Source of the DNA: the human T2T-CHM13v2.0 reference genome, Homo sapiens
Assembly (NCBI RefSeq): GCF_009914755.1
Contig: NC_060935.1
Length of the DNA: 64,000 bases
Direction: 5' to 3' (one strand)
The notes below the pieces were generated by a model that was not told the origin of the DNA, did not search any database, and saw only the letters and a list, made by a program, of their open reading frames with translations. A program made the translations under genes and the position numbers. Of this stretch, positions 1 through 14,300 are shown piece by piece. Positions within the stretch are counted from its first letter, which is position 1. Each line of letters opens with the position of its first letter.

Positions 1-720
1 AACCTTCGACTGGGTATAGTAATGATCTTTTCTGGGATTCCAGCAAGGCATGGTAACATTTTTGGAGCTACATAATAGCTGTTCCCCTTGGGCAGAACAT
101 GTACGCTCTCTAGTTTACCAACACCTGGGCTACATCACTCATTTAGATTGCTTGCCTGGATTCTGTAATCTTCGGAATGTATGACCTTGAATATGGTAGC
201 GTATAGACATGTCAATCCTCTGTGCCTCTATGATTCAATGATTTCTAAGCATGTGGGATTTAGACGTTCTTAGTCATAACCAGTATCACTATGGCTAACC
301 CACACCATAGAAAAGAGTTGTTTTTCCATGGGCACTAAAAAGGGATATACAGCAAATGGTCATGGGCAATGACATTATCCTTTAAGTCATTTCTGATTGA
401 TCTCCATCACATAATCTACCCTCTCAACAGTCTTTCTTCTCTACATACTAAAGTGGTTTTTCAAGATATATGGTTAGGTTTATTCAGTGAGAAATGATTC
501 AGTCCCTTTGTTTCCACTTGTTACTTGGTCCTGGCTCCAACCTTTTCAAGTCGCAGATGCTTCTTCATGGGACCAGCTCTGACTCTGGATCCATGGTGAG
601 CAGCATGAGTTCTGTAAAGATATTTTTAAGCCAAGTGCATCCAGGATGCTATGGAGCCACAAGCAGACAAAACGGCATAAATGCTCTTTGGGAATCATAA
701 ACCCTAGTGCTTCTATCTGT
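1..720 (-). mobile_element. Very old ERV-L-class internal fragment (tentative)
   Basis: Resembles antisense degraded ERVL internal sequence; no intact ORF; boundaries approximate. Confidence 0.3.
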
Positions 721-1906
721 TAAGAGTTCTTGAATTTTCTCATCTTAATTTCTTCCCCAACTCACTGAAGAAAAAAAAAAAAGGTGCTGATTTTCCCCCT
801 TTCAGAAGCACAATGATAAAACTTTGTGAATTTGACAAAAGCTTTTTTTTTCCAAAATAACTTTTTCATTATGATGGTTACTTGTCTGCCCTTTACACAA
901 CATGAAAGAATTTTTCTCTGGGTGTAATCAGATGATGACAGAAATATGGTGAAGCTCTCTAAAGGATTGACTTACTTAAATTCTTCAGTTCTCATTCAGG
1001 GCTGAAGCCTCCTTGTTTCATTTGGAGGTGAATTATCTTATTGATCATGTCTGCATAAATACCTCTAATATGAATAATGCAGACTATTGGAATACTCAAA
1101 GTAAAAAATGTGGACCTGTCTTTAAAGGGATAGGTTTAACATCATGAAGAATAAATTAAAAATCAAATTGTATTCCTCCTTTTAAGCCGGAAAATAAAGC
1201 ATCATTCAGAATAGAATTCTTAAGTTCATAAAGCAACTAAGGATTAGATATAATGGCATAAGGGAAGAAGTGAAACGTAGTCCCTTTGCTCCCTGGCCAC
1301 CACCAGGCTTGTAGTTTGGTGGGAGTGACAGTGTGATCTACTGAGAGGTAGAGTAGCCTCATAAAGTTTTGTATTCAGAGAAAAGCAAGCCTAAAACTTA
1401 GAATACCATGTAACTAGATATGTTGCCTTATGGAAATTATTTAATATCTTTCAGACTTGTTTCCTTTAGCTGTAAAATAGAGATAAAAATATTCCATTGG
1501 TTGAATTTATTTTGGCTGGAAGTAATAGAAATCTCAAGTAATTGTGACTTAATAATAAAGTCTTTAATTCTCTCTCATGACATGAATTCTGGCAATATGT
1601 AGCTCCAGGGTTGGTTCAGCAGCTCAATGACATCAAAGGCCTAGTTTGGTATTTCTGTGATTTAATTGGAATTTTTCCCATAAACTAAAGAAGGCTGTAT
1701 CTCTCTAGTCCTCACGTTCTCCAGCCAGCTGACTACACAGAATGAACATAGTAGGAATTCTGTCATTTAACCATGAAAGTCAACCCCACTGCCACTCCAT
1801 CTCCAGCAGACTTCTCCTTACTTCTCATTAGCAAGAACTTGGTCACATGCCCTTATCTAGACAGATCACTGGGAAAAAGGATGAAAATTCCATTATTATT
1901 ATAGAT

Positions 1907-2090
1907 ATGTGGTTCTCAAAGTAGAGTTCTCAGATGATTCTGGCAAGCTTGTTTAAATACAGACTACTGGGTTCTACCCCCAGAATTTCTAATTTAGTAT
2001 GTTGTGTGGGACCAGATAATTTTCATTTATAATATGTTTCCTGCTGATGTTAATGGTGCTAGTCTGAGGACCACTGTTTGAGAACCACTG
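1907..2090 (-). mobile_element. MER5A-like hAT/Charlie non-autonomous DNA transposon
   Basis: Terminal inverted repeats gtggttctcaaa ... tttgagaaccactg, about 185 bp. Confidence 0.8.
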
Positions 2091-2137
2091 ATTGAGACCA
2101 ACAGTGATTTACCCCTTGGGCTAGGAGATAGGCTTCC

Positions 2138-2188
2138 TTTTGTTTGTTTGTTTGTTTGTTTTGTTTTGTTTTTTGTTTTTTTTTTTTT
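2138..2188. repeat. (TTTG)n / T-rich simple repeat
   Basis: Read directly from the sequence. Confidence 0.9.
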
Positions 2189-2344
2189 AGATTAAGAGGG
2201 CAATACTCTTTATGCAAGCAAGTCAAGGTTCTTCTAATTGAAAGTGAATGTGTGGGAGGTGGAAGGTGTATCACTCAGGGTAGAGCAGAAAGACAAAATC
2301 TGTATGGTGCCTGCCCCCAGGATGAAGGATGGGGAATGTACAGC

Positions 2345-2533
2345 CGCTACCACTCTACTGGCTAAAATTGACTGAAACGTACCTGGAAGCCTTCCCCTGG
2401 AAGTTGCAAGCCTTCAAATAGACTCCAGAGTCCTAAAATTGTTATATCAGGCAGATTCTGCCAGTGTAATTATAGTCCAGGTTGGGAGAGAGATTCCTGG
2501 TGCTGACTCCTCTGCTATTTTCCCAGAATCCTC
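2345..2533 (-). mobile_element. Ancient L1M 5'-end fragment
   Basis: Reverse complement gaggattctgggaaaatagcagaggagtcagcaccaggaatctctctcccaacc... resembles the 5' end of old L1M families. Confidence 0.5.
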
Positions 2534-2814
2534 AGAGGTATCTTTCATACATAGTTCATAAGATGACATTGACACCTTTTTAATTTACCTTCTTGACAAC
2601 AATAAATACCCATATCAATCGCTTTGGGAAAAACAACAACAACAACAACTTTGATCTGGCACTAATAGGAGAAGAGAGATATGGAAGGTGCCCTTTAGAC
2701 AGAGGAGCATTCCAAAGGAAAACACACACGCTGTCAAAGTAGCATGATTTCTTCCGCCAATACATCCATCTCACAATATGCCGTAGGACTGACATAAAAA
2801 GAGGCCTAAGGGAC

Positions 2815-3320
2815 ATCTGTGGATTTTGTCTCACCAGAATTCAGTTCCTATCCTAGTAAGGGCATTCCAATAGTTTCTGAGGAACAACCCCTTCTAAATT
2901 CTCAGTTTAAGATATCTCAAGTAGTGCTGATTTTACCTCTTGCTCTAGGGGTGGGCTGGTAACCAGACATGAACCCAGTAACTACTTCAGGACTCATCAT
3001 GTAACCAAATCAAGATGAATGCGGCTCAAATCCTAGATTTGTGCCAGTACTATTGATAAGAATCTCTCCCTTTGACAGATTTAAAATGATGTTTGCCTAG
3101 AACATCTGGAGGCCATTACATGAAGAGGTTCTGGCCTATAGGGGTGGTAATATGATGATGATAAGAGTGGAGATACAGAGGGAGCCTAAATCCTGATAAT
3201 ATTGCTTAGTTGCATGGATCCCATAGAGTCTAGAGCCCCAACACTTGTACATTTTGTGAGCCAATATGTTTCTTTTGGGAGAGGAGAGGTAAGCAGGGTT
3301 AAGGTGTCACTTACAACAGA
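2815..3320 (+). mobile_element. Old MLT1-type MaLR LTR
   Basis: Degenerate MLT1 3' features (gtgagccaata ... tgtcacttacaacaga); boundaries approximate. Confidence 0.45.
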
Positions 3321-4279
3321 GGGCCCAGTGTCTAAAGGTGCATCAGCACCCGCTTAAGATTCAAGTGCTCAGCCCCGGCCCCTCCCCATGCACCTGCTCC
3401 TTACCTCATGCTGACCTAATTTCTATTCTCCCAGATCTGTATTCCCTGACCACTCCTCCAACATTTGTCCTTGACTCCTTCCTTTGGTTTTGATGTGCAG
3501 AAACATTTTTTGGTCTCTCATTTGTTTCTAATTTAAAAATAAATGCATCTGGCTATCCTGCCTCAGGGCAAATTTAGAAATATTTCTTTCAGTTCAATAG
3601 AGTCCTATGGTTACCCTTATGTTGGTACTAATCCTATCTCACATACCCTATTCTGGGGGTAGGACCAGATGTAGGGTAAAAATCTATGTACCTGACTTTT
3701 ACTGGTTTCTTACAGATCTAAAGTTATGGCTTTATACTTTTCTCTCTTTTGAATGTAAGTATTACAGCTACACATTTGTTTCTAGGCACTGCTTTAACTG
3801 GTTCCCACAGATTGTAGCCTGTTGTTTAATAATATCATTCAGTCCTAAATATTTTATATTTTCCTTGTAGTTTCTTCTTTAATTCATTGGCTTTTGGAAC
3901 TGGTGTAATTTCCAAATATTTGTACCTTTTCTAAATATCGTATTTTGATTTGATATCTGTTTAATTCTGTTGGGACCAGAAAACACACTCTGTAAGATTT
4001 CAAGCTTTTGAATTTTGGGGGGATTGTTTTATGAACAAGGATTTTTTCCATCTTGGTCAACATTCCACACGCACTTGTAAAAACTGTTTATGCTACAGTG
4101 ATTGGGTATAATGTTCAAGAAATGCCAATATTGTTCATGTCTTCTATATTGGTGATTTTTTTTGGTGTATCAATTGCTGAAATAGAGGTTAAAATCTCTA
4201 GATTTGTATTTTTTTCCTTTTGGTTCTTTTATTATCATTTCATGTGTTTTGAAGTTTTGCCATTAAAAATTATATATCA

Positions 4280-5356
<1,077 letters not shown>

Positions 5357-5462
5357 AAATCTATATATTTGAGTGTTATATCTTCTTGGCCAATTCATTC
5401 TTTTTATGAAATACCTTTTTTATCTTTGCACATTTTCTTTATCTTGAATCCTATTTTTTTCT

Positions 5463-5778
5463 TTTCTTTTTTTTTTTTTTTTTTTTTTTTGAGACGGAGT
5501 CTCGCTCTGTCACCCAGGCTGGAGTGCAGTGGCTCGATCTTGGCTCACTTCATGCAAGCTCTGCCTCCCGGGTTCACGCCATTCTCCTACCTCAGGCTCC
5601 CGAGTAGCTGGGACTACAGGCGCCCACCACCACGCCCGGCTGATTTTTTTGTATATTTTTAGTAGAAACGGGGTTTCACCATGTTAGCCAGGATGGGCTT
5701 GATCTCCTGACCTCGTGATCCGCCCGCCTCGGCATCCCAAAGAGCTGGGATTACAGGTGTGAGCTACTGCACCCGGCT
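5463..5778 (-). mobile_element. Full-length AluY
   Basis: Poly(T), dimeric Alu, AluY diagnostic gcaagct...ggttcacgccattctc. 17-bp TSD gaatcct(a/g)tttttttct at 5446-5462 and 5779-5795. Confidence 0.95.
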
Positions 5779-8214
5779 GAATCCTGTTTTTTTCTGAAAC
5801 CAATATAGCTATTCTAGTTTTCTTATCATTTATGTCTACATGGAATATCTTTCCCCATACTTCTAGTTTAACTTGTTTGTGCTTCTGTATCAAATACATC
5901 GTTTGTATCCAGCAAAAATTGGGTATTGCTTTTTACTAGTCTGACAATCTTTGCCTTTAAGTGTTTAATAAATATACATTTATTGTAAATATTGATATGG
6001 TTGGGTTTGGGTCTACTATTTTGCATTTTTTTAAATATATATTGTAGATCCAATATTATCCAATGCCTATGAGATTCCCCAGTCTGCTTTTTGGAAGCAT
6101 GCACTGTTCCTCTTCCTGTGTAAGCACCAGGCTCTATTACCTCTAATACATTTTGGTGGTCTTTCTTCAGCTTTGGATAATTTCATCACACTTATTTTCT
6201 GATTAGCACTTTGCTGATTACCTGACTGGTATTCTCTGCAGAACTTCAAAATTACCTCTCTGTTCAGCTATCTCCTCTCCAATACTCTGCTTTATAACCT
6301 CTGCTTGCCTTGGTCTTCCTATATTCCCATCTTTGTATCCTCAAACCAGGTAGTTAACTAGGCTCCTCATGGGTTTTCTTCCTTCTACCATGGCCTGGAC
6401 CTCTCTCAAGGTAGTAAACTAGGATACTTGTAGCACTCTTATCATTTGTTTTATGTCTCTTGGGGATCACTTTCTTAGTTATCTAATTTCCAGTATCTTG
6501 AAAACTTTTTTCATATGTGTGTGTGTGTATATATATATGAGAACATATATACATACGTATATGTATATGTATGCATTTGTTCCTGTTTGTTTCAGATGAG
6601 ACAACAAATTAAATCCCTGCTACTATACCTTGGTTGGTAGCAGAAATCTGTTCACTATTCAACTCAGTATGTTTTTTCTTTACATTTTGAACATATTTTT
6701 AATAGTTTCTTCAAAGTCCTATGTATTCCCCCAAGTGTACAAGAGGCTGTATAGTATAATGATTAAATGTATGTATTTGGGAGTTAAGTAGACCTTGGTT
6801 TAAATCCCCACTCTGTCACTTTCCAGATGTTTTACTGTGGGTATGTTATTTAAACATGTACACCTCCATTTTCAGTAAAATTAGAGCAATTCAAATGATC
6901 TCAGAGGCATTCTGAAGATCAAATGGAGTTGTGAATATAAAGCACTTGTCAGAGAACCTGACACGTAGTAAATTATTAATATATGGAAGTTCAAAAATTC
7001 TTCCTATTTAATAGAGAAACTGTAAGAATCGTAGAATATTCTAAAATAGAATGTATGTCAGAATTAAATGGGGTGGTAGAACTGTTAAACACTATAGGAA
7101 TTCAGAGAAAAGAAAGAGGACTTCTTGGTGGAATTAAGATTTGTGCTTGGATTTTAATTTAAAAACAATCACTTGCAGGGCGGGAAGCCTCAAATTCAAT
7201 GGAATATGGAATAGGTGGGTACGTAAAGCAACCACTCGAGAGAGTGCAAAGGTTTTATGATGAAGAATTTTGAGAAATAAAGGCAAATTGATAGTCAAAG
7301 TGAGGTCAAATTGTTTGTGCTTTGAATGCCTGATAGGAGATTTTTACAATAAGAATCATTTGTAATTACTAGAGGAGCAGGATATTTTTAAAAATCACAG
7401 AATCATAGGATTTTCAGTCTTGGAGTGAATAAGATTTAGTTCCATGTTTTTAAAATCTTCAAGTTTCATAGCAGTCAAATTTCAATAGTTTTGTTCATTG
7501 GTTATGAGGAATGACAGTGAGGAAGGAGTGCTGGGGAGGAAAATGAATTTGGTACATAGAAACACATGTGTCATGTAAAGCTTTGGGCAGAATAAGTTTG
7601 AAATGAAGAGACCTATGAGATTTGCAAATCCATAGGCAATAGTAAATGCGTTTCTGAGTTTGTGTTAGAGGTCAGCTTAGAGATATAGATCAGAGAGTTT
7701 CCAGAATAAAGGTGAGAGTTGAAATGTTAACAGATGGGTTCTTTTAGGAAGAATTTGAGCACAGTTTGTTAGAGAAAATACAGAAAGGCTTCAGAGATAA
7801 AATTAGAAGGCCATATCCAGGAAGAAATGGATTGTTTTGTGCAGAGTCACTGAAGAAAGTTAGAGAGCTATATTGTCAATACTACTGACTTCACTGTTAA
7901 TAGCAGGTACCTTTCAGATTAATACACAAAAACTAGTTACTAATAAGGACTTACAAAGAAGAAACAGCAATAATGACATCACCAGATATTTTATGAGACA
8001 ATCAGTTGACTTTGCGGAGATTGTTCATACCTTATTGGAACTTGTTTGTGAGGCAGACAAAATTTGTATTTTTAAAATTGCCATTTGCCTAATGAAGAAC
8101 CCGAGGTACAAAGAGGTTCCTTAAACCTTTTAGCAGTCATTCAGCTGGTTAGCAGCAGAAGAAGCTATGAGCCCAAAGCTAAGGTCTCCCATATTCTAGA
8201 ATATTAAAAGTAGC

Positions 8215-8554
8215 TGTTTTTGTTTCTTCTCATGCTGCTAATAAAGACATATCTGAGACTGGGTAATTTAGAAAGGAAAGAGGTTTAATTGACTCACAGT
8301 TCCACATGGCTGGGGAGGCCTCACAATCATGGCAGAAGGTGAATGAGAAGAAAAGTCAAGTCTCACATGGTGGAGAGAAGAGAGCTTGTGCAGGGGAACT
8401 CCCATTTATAAAAACCATCAGATCTCATGAGACTTATTCACTACCACAAGAACAATATGGTAAAACTGACTCCATGATTATTTTATCTCCACCTGGCCCC
8501 ACCCTTGATACATGGGGATTACTACAATCCAAGGTGAGATTTCTGCCCCTATCA
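8215..8554 (-). mobile_element. THE1 (C/D-like) MaLR LTR; 3' LTR of the hybrid element
   Basis: gctgctaataaagacat...gagactgggtaattta...cacagttccacatggctggggaggcctcacaatcatggcagaagg...atca. Confidence 0.9.
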
Positions 8555-10138
8555 TTCTGCCCTGACCCCTCCCAAATCTCATGTTCTCACATTTCAAAAC
8601 CAATCATGCCTTTCCAACAGTCCCCCAAAGTCTTAACTCATTTCAGCATTAACTCAGAAGTCTAAAGTCCAAAGTCTCATCTGACACAAGGCAAGCCTCT
8701 TCCACCTATGAGTCTGTAAAATCCAAAGCAAGTTACTTACCTCCTAGATACAGTGGGAGTACAGGTAGTGGGTAAATACACTAATGTGGGAGAAATGGCC
8801 AAAACAAAGAGACTACAGGCCCCACACAAGTCTGAAATCCAATGAGGCAGTAATTAAATCTTAAAGGTCCAAAATAATCTCCTTTGACTCCATGTCTCAC
8901 ATCCAGGTCACACTGATGGAAGAATTGGGTTCCCACAGCCTTGGACAACTCCGCCACTGTGGCTTTGCAGGGTACACCCCTCTCCACTAGCTGCTTTCAA
9001 GGGTTGGCATTGAGTGTCTGCAACTTTTGCAGATGTGTGTTGCAAGCTGTCAGTGGATCTACCATTCTGGGGTCTGGAGGATGGTGGCCCTCTTCTCACA
9101 GCTAGCTCTACTAGGCAGTACCTCAGTGGGGAGTCTGTATGGGGGCTCCAATCCCACATTTTCCTTTTTTACTGCCCTAGCAGAGGTTCTTCATGAAGGC
9201 TCTGCCCCTGTAGCAAATTTCTACCTGGACATCCAGGCATTTCCGTACATCCTCTGAAATCTAGGCGATGGTTCCCAAACCTCAATTCTTGACTTCTGGG
9301 CACCCACAGGCTCAACACCACATTGAAGCTGTTAAGGGTTAGAGCTTGCCCCCTCTGAAACCATGGCCTGAGCTATACACTGGCCCCTTTTAGCCTGGGA
9401 TACAGCAGCTGGGATGCAGGGCACCAAGTCCTGAAGCTGCACACAGCAGAGGGGCCCTGGACTCAGCCCCAAAAACCACTTTTCCCTCCTAGGCCTCCAG
9501 GCCTGTGATGGGAGGAGCTGCTGGGAAGGTCTCTGACATGCCCCAGAAACATTTTCTTCATTCTCTTGGTGATTAGCATTTGGCTCATTACTTATGCAAA
9601 TTTCTGCTGCCTGCTTGAATTTCTTCCCAGAAAATGGGGTCTTCTCTTCTACTGCACCATTAGGCTGCAAATTTTTCAAACTTTTATGCTCTGCTTCCTC
9701 TTGAATACTTTGCTGCTTAGAAATTTCTTCCACCAGATACCCTAAATCATCTCTCTCATGTTCAAAGTTCCACAGATCTCTAGGGCAGGGGCAAAAATGC
9801 TGCCAGTCTCTTTGTGTAGCAAAAGTGACCTTTAATCCAGTTCCCAAAAGTTCCTAATCTGCATCTGAGACCACCTCAGCCTGGACTTTATTGTCCATAT
9901 CACTATCAGCATTTTGGTCAAAGCCCTTTAATCAGTCTCTAGGAAGTTTCAAACTTTCCCGTATCTTCCTGTCTTCTGAGCATCCCGAGTCTCTAGAAAG
10001 TTCCAAACTTTCCCACATTTTCCTATCTTCTTTTGAGCCCTCCAAAGTGTTACAACATCTGCCTGTTACCCAGTTCCAAAATCATTTCCACATTTCTGGG
10101 CACCTTTACAGCAGCACCCCACTCTCAGTACCAAAATC
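8555..10138 (-). mobile_element. THE1 internal region (MaLR-int), about 1.6 kb
   Basis: Polypurine tract (minus strand gggaggggtcagggcagaa) abuts the LTR. MaLR ORF remnant RDLWNFEHERDDLGYLVEEISKQQSIQE. PBS-like ttggtactgagagtgg at the other end. Confidence 0.9.
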
Positions 10139-10688
10139 TGTATTAGTCAGGGTTCTCTAAAGGGACAGAACTAATAGGATAGATGAATATATGAATGGGA
10201 GTTTATTAGGAGAATTGACTCACATGATCACAAGCTAAAGTCCCACAATAGGCCATCTGCAAACTGAGGAGCCAAGAAGCCAGTCCAAGTCTCAAAACCT
10301 CAAAAGTAGGGAATTTGATAGTGCAGCCTTCAGCCTATGGCTGAAACCCTGAGAGTCCCTGGCAAATCTCTGGTTTAGGTCCAAGAGTCCAAAAGCTGCA
10401 GAGCTTGGAGTCTGATATTTGAGGGCAGGAAGCATCCAGCACAGGAGAAAGATGGAGGCCAGAAGATTCAGGCCAGTCTAGTCCTTCCACGTTCCTCTGC
10501 CTGCTTTTATCCTAGCTGCTCTGGAAGCTGATTAGATGGTGCTCACCCAGATTGAGGGTGGGTCTGCCTCTCCCAGTCTATTGACTCAAATGTTAATCTC
10601 CTTTGGCAACACCCTCACAGACACACCCAGGAACAATACTTTGCATCCTTCAGTCCAATCAAATTGACACTCAATATGAACCATCACA
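10139..10688 (-). mobile_element. MLT2A (MLT2A2-like) ERV-L LTR, 550 bp, sitting as the 5' LTR of the THE1 body
   Basis: Minus strand begins TGTGATGGTTCATATTGAGTGTCAATTTGATTGGACTGAAGGATGCAAAGTATTG and ends agagaaccctgactaataCA, the MLT2A termini. Confidence 0.88.
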
Positions 10689-10889
10689 CTAATAGAGGCC
10701 ATAAATGCACAGTCCTTTCATTTTACACAGAAGGAACTGAAGCCTGGAGATTTGGACTGTCTTGGAATGTGGGGATTATAAGTTACAGAACGATAAATAT
10801 CACTTGCCTAATGAATGTCTACCTGGATTTGTAGTTTTTAGATTGATCTCATTCAATCTTTAAAACAACAGCATTATGGCATAGGTAAT

Positions 10890-11323
10890 TGCTGTGGTTT
10901 AGATGTGATTTGTTCCCACCAAAATTCATGCTGATTTTGATCTCCAGTGTGGAGTGTTAGGAGGGGGGCCGAGTAGGAGGTGTTTGGGTCATGGAGGCAT
11001 AGCCCTCATGCACAGAGTGATGCCCTCCCGTGAGGGTGAATGAGTTCTCTCTGGCAGGAATCGATTAGCTCCCATGGAGTCTGGTTCATCAGTTTCTCTC
11101 TCGTTTCCTCTCTTGCCATGTGATCTCTTTGCACATACCCACCCCCCCCCCCTCCCTTTTTTTTTTTCCACAATGACTTGAAGCAGGCTGAGACCACCAC
11201 CAAATGCAGCTACCTAATCTTGGACTTTTCAGTCACTAGGATCATGAGCAAAATAAATCTTTTTTCTTCATAAATTACTCAATCTCAGGTATTCTGTTAT
11301 AGAACACAGAATGGACTAAGACA
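10890..11323 (+). mobile_element. MST-type MaLR solo LTR, sense to NELL1
   Basis: TGctgtggtttagatg...ggactaagaCA. TSD gtaat/gttat. AATAAA at 11252-11257. Confidence 0.85.
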
Positions 11324-14300
11324 GTTATGTTATCATTTAAAAGCCAAAGAAAGTGAAGCTCAAAAAAGATAAATAACTTGCTCAAAGTCAAAGTCATGTA
11401 ACAGAATCAGAATTCAAACTCAAACATATCTAACTACAAAGCTTTGTCTTGTTTTATGTGTTATCTTGACTCTTGACTTTTAGCAAAAAACTTCTTCCAC
11501 TCCTTTAGCTGCCTACGTAATCTGTGATTAGTGCTGGGTTTTTTTCCTTGTTTGCTTGTTTCTGTTTTTATTTTTAGATATTGCATCAGTATGAGTTCTA
11601 ACCTGAGCACAGTCTTTTCCCTGAATATGGAAAAGGGTCTCTCATAATAATTAGGAAATGCTGGCTAGCAATAAAAAGCAACTCCAAGCAGTAATGGCTC
11701 AATAAAATAGAAATATATTTCTTACTCACCTAAATAGCCTATGACAGTTTCAGGTCTGTGGAAGGGCCCTGGTCTACATAGCCTTGCAGGAAGCCAGGCA
11801 GAAAAATGTTGTACTATTTTCAATACGTGATTTCCAAGGTTTTCCTGGAAATTGGCCTGTAGTGAGCAGGTAGAAATATTCTGGAGGATCATATTAGGCA
11901 TTTTTATGACCCATATTGAAATTATATCACTTCTAACTCTGCAACTAGAGCTCAGCCACATGACCTTACATATCTTCAAAGGAAGCATGCTCCAGGCACA
12001 TCCCTAAGAACCCAAGAGAAACAAGAGATAGAAGAACTAGCCTGTTTCTGCCTCAGGGTCTTTGCATGTTATGTTCAGTACAATTCTGGCATTCAGCAAA
12101 TAGCAGAAAATAAGCAGGTTTGTGTTTGCTGTACTTGTGACAATTTATGTTGCTGATTTTACTTCCTTAAACTTATGTGAAGTTTTTTGGTGACCAAGAG
12201 AATCTAAATCTTTATGAGGCATGTATTATAGATTTATAGATTCTATTCCTGAATGCTTAACAAGGTTACACTTGTCTCAAAATCCAAATGATTATTTTTA
12301 AGGTTCCAGAAATAATCTCTTAGTCCTAACCAGTTTCCTGATTGCAAGTTGATATTATTATATATATTTTTATTTTCAGAATCAACTTATTCTGTCTTCT
12401 GTTTTATAGCAGTAATATTTAGTCTAAAGTTAATATCCAGACTGTGCTTAAGAGTCTTTTTTTGTTTAACAGTCACATGATGTTTGATTTTATCATTCTC
12501 AACCTACAGATTAGAAAACAAAGACTTGTGAAATCTAAATAATTATTAGTGCATTATTAAGCAGGAATTTGAAGTCATGTTTGTCTCTAAAGTCTATATT
12601 TATAACAACAGTTTATTTTTCTTTTACATTCTATTTGCCCCCTAGACTCTATGTATCTGGAGGGCAGAGACCTTATCTCTCTATGTCTGCATCAGAGGAT
12701 ATAATACAGTGCTTAGTATATGGGGCAAATGTACTAGCACATGGTGGGTGCTCAATAAACTTTTGTTGAATGAATGAAAATATCAAAGTTTTTCTCATGA
12801 CTCAATATCACCCTAAAAACTCTTAGGAAAGGTATAATCTATCCACAACCTGAGCCACTACTTCAGTGCAAGCTTTAACTATTAGTATGAAATACGAAAG
12901 TACCTCTTTGAAAATAAGCTTTGAGAAAACCTTTATTGGTTTTATAAATTGTCAAATTGCAAATCCAATAGGAAAGAGATTAGATGGAGGAAGAGATCCA
13001 TCCAGCTCAAGAGATGGATTTTACAGGAATTCAAGGATTTGTTTGCAAATTGCTTTCTCTAGGAAATTCACCATATGCCCCAAAAGGATTAAAGGTATTG
13101 CTTAGGATACATTTTATGAAAACAAACCTTGGGTATTCGTCTGTTTCTCATTGTAAATGAAAAATTCATGGCACACGTAGGACTTTTCATTGCAACAATT
13201 ATAGAAATTGTTATAATTATTATAATTATAATCATGATTAAAATTACTCCTAATAACACCATTGCAATTATAACTTTTTTGTTACCTATTTTGCCCACTT
13301 AAAATATCTAAAGATTAGAGGTAGAAGCAAAGTATTAAATAGAAACTACATAATGTCTTTTAGAGGAAAATAACATGTAAATATTAAATTTACTTTTTCT
13401 TTAGTTTTATGAATTGACATTGTAGTTTGTGACTTGCAAACACCAGGAAATCTTGGGGTATTTTGAAAATCTCCATTATAGCCTTGGTTAATTTTTCCTT
13501 TCATTCAATCTACCAGTCATTTATTTTTTCATACATTCATTCCCAGGGACTTGTATTGGGCACTTTCAAATTGCTTGGTACTCCCACTTCCAGGTATCCC
13601 TAGCAAGGTAAACCTGTATAAAATGTTGTCTGTTTTCTTGGAAAATTTGCATTTGAGTGATAGACACAAAAAGGAAATCACTGTGATAGGACAAGATAAG
13701 TACTAAAATAGATGTGTGTACAGATACTGAGTTACTAGGGGAGGGAGTTGGTGATATTGGTGGTTGTTTGAAACTTTAACTATTAGTATGAAATACAAAA
13801 CACAAACACACACACACATATACGTATATAGTTCTTCCCTTTGATTATGAGCTCCTGGATTTTTGGAGTCATATTTCATCCATTTTTGCATTGAACACAA
13901 CACAAAAATAATCCTTGCACATATTTTTAGCTCAACAGATATTTACAGAATTGAATAAATGTATTATCTTTCTGTAAATAATCCTTTCTTGATTTGTCAA
14001 CAAGATATGATAGTTGTGACAAAAACTAGTTCTAGCTAGTTTTGAACTGTATTTCACCATTTGTAAGCTGTGTGACCCAGGCCATATGTTAGTTATTGTG
14101 TTGTCGACATTTGACTCTGAGGATACAGAAATGAATACTCCATAGTATCTCACTCAACAATCCCCCAGCTTCTCTTGTTTCCTTGTTCACATTTTCAGCT
14201 CTGTGCTGGATTAAACTGAGATTTAAACAAGATTTTAGGACTTTCTGTAGGAGGAAAGGTGACTTTTTGTTTGTTTCCTTTGGGATGGTTGACACATTGT

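Noticed and set aside
9332-9847. 171-aa minus-strand ORF
   Set aside because: Remnant of the THE1 internal ORF, non-ATG start, no independent gene structure.
9934-10041. About 54-bp tandem duplication in THE1-int
   Set aside because: The copies are diverged, and I recall this as a subfamily feature of THE1 internal sequences rather than locus-specific.
10651-10661. DUX4 site of the MLT2A LTR
   Set aside because: Reads cagtccaatca; the first half-site is degenerate, so it is not called as a functional motif.
13089-13298. Ile-rich ORF resembling a small membrane protein
   Set aside because: Arises from (ATT/ATA)-like low-complexity DNA; non-ATG start and no splice context.
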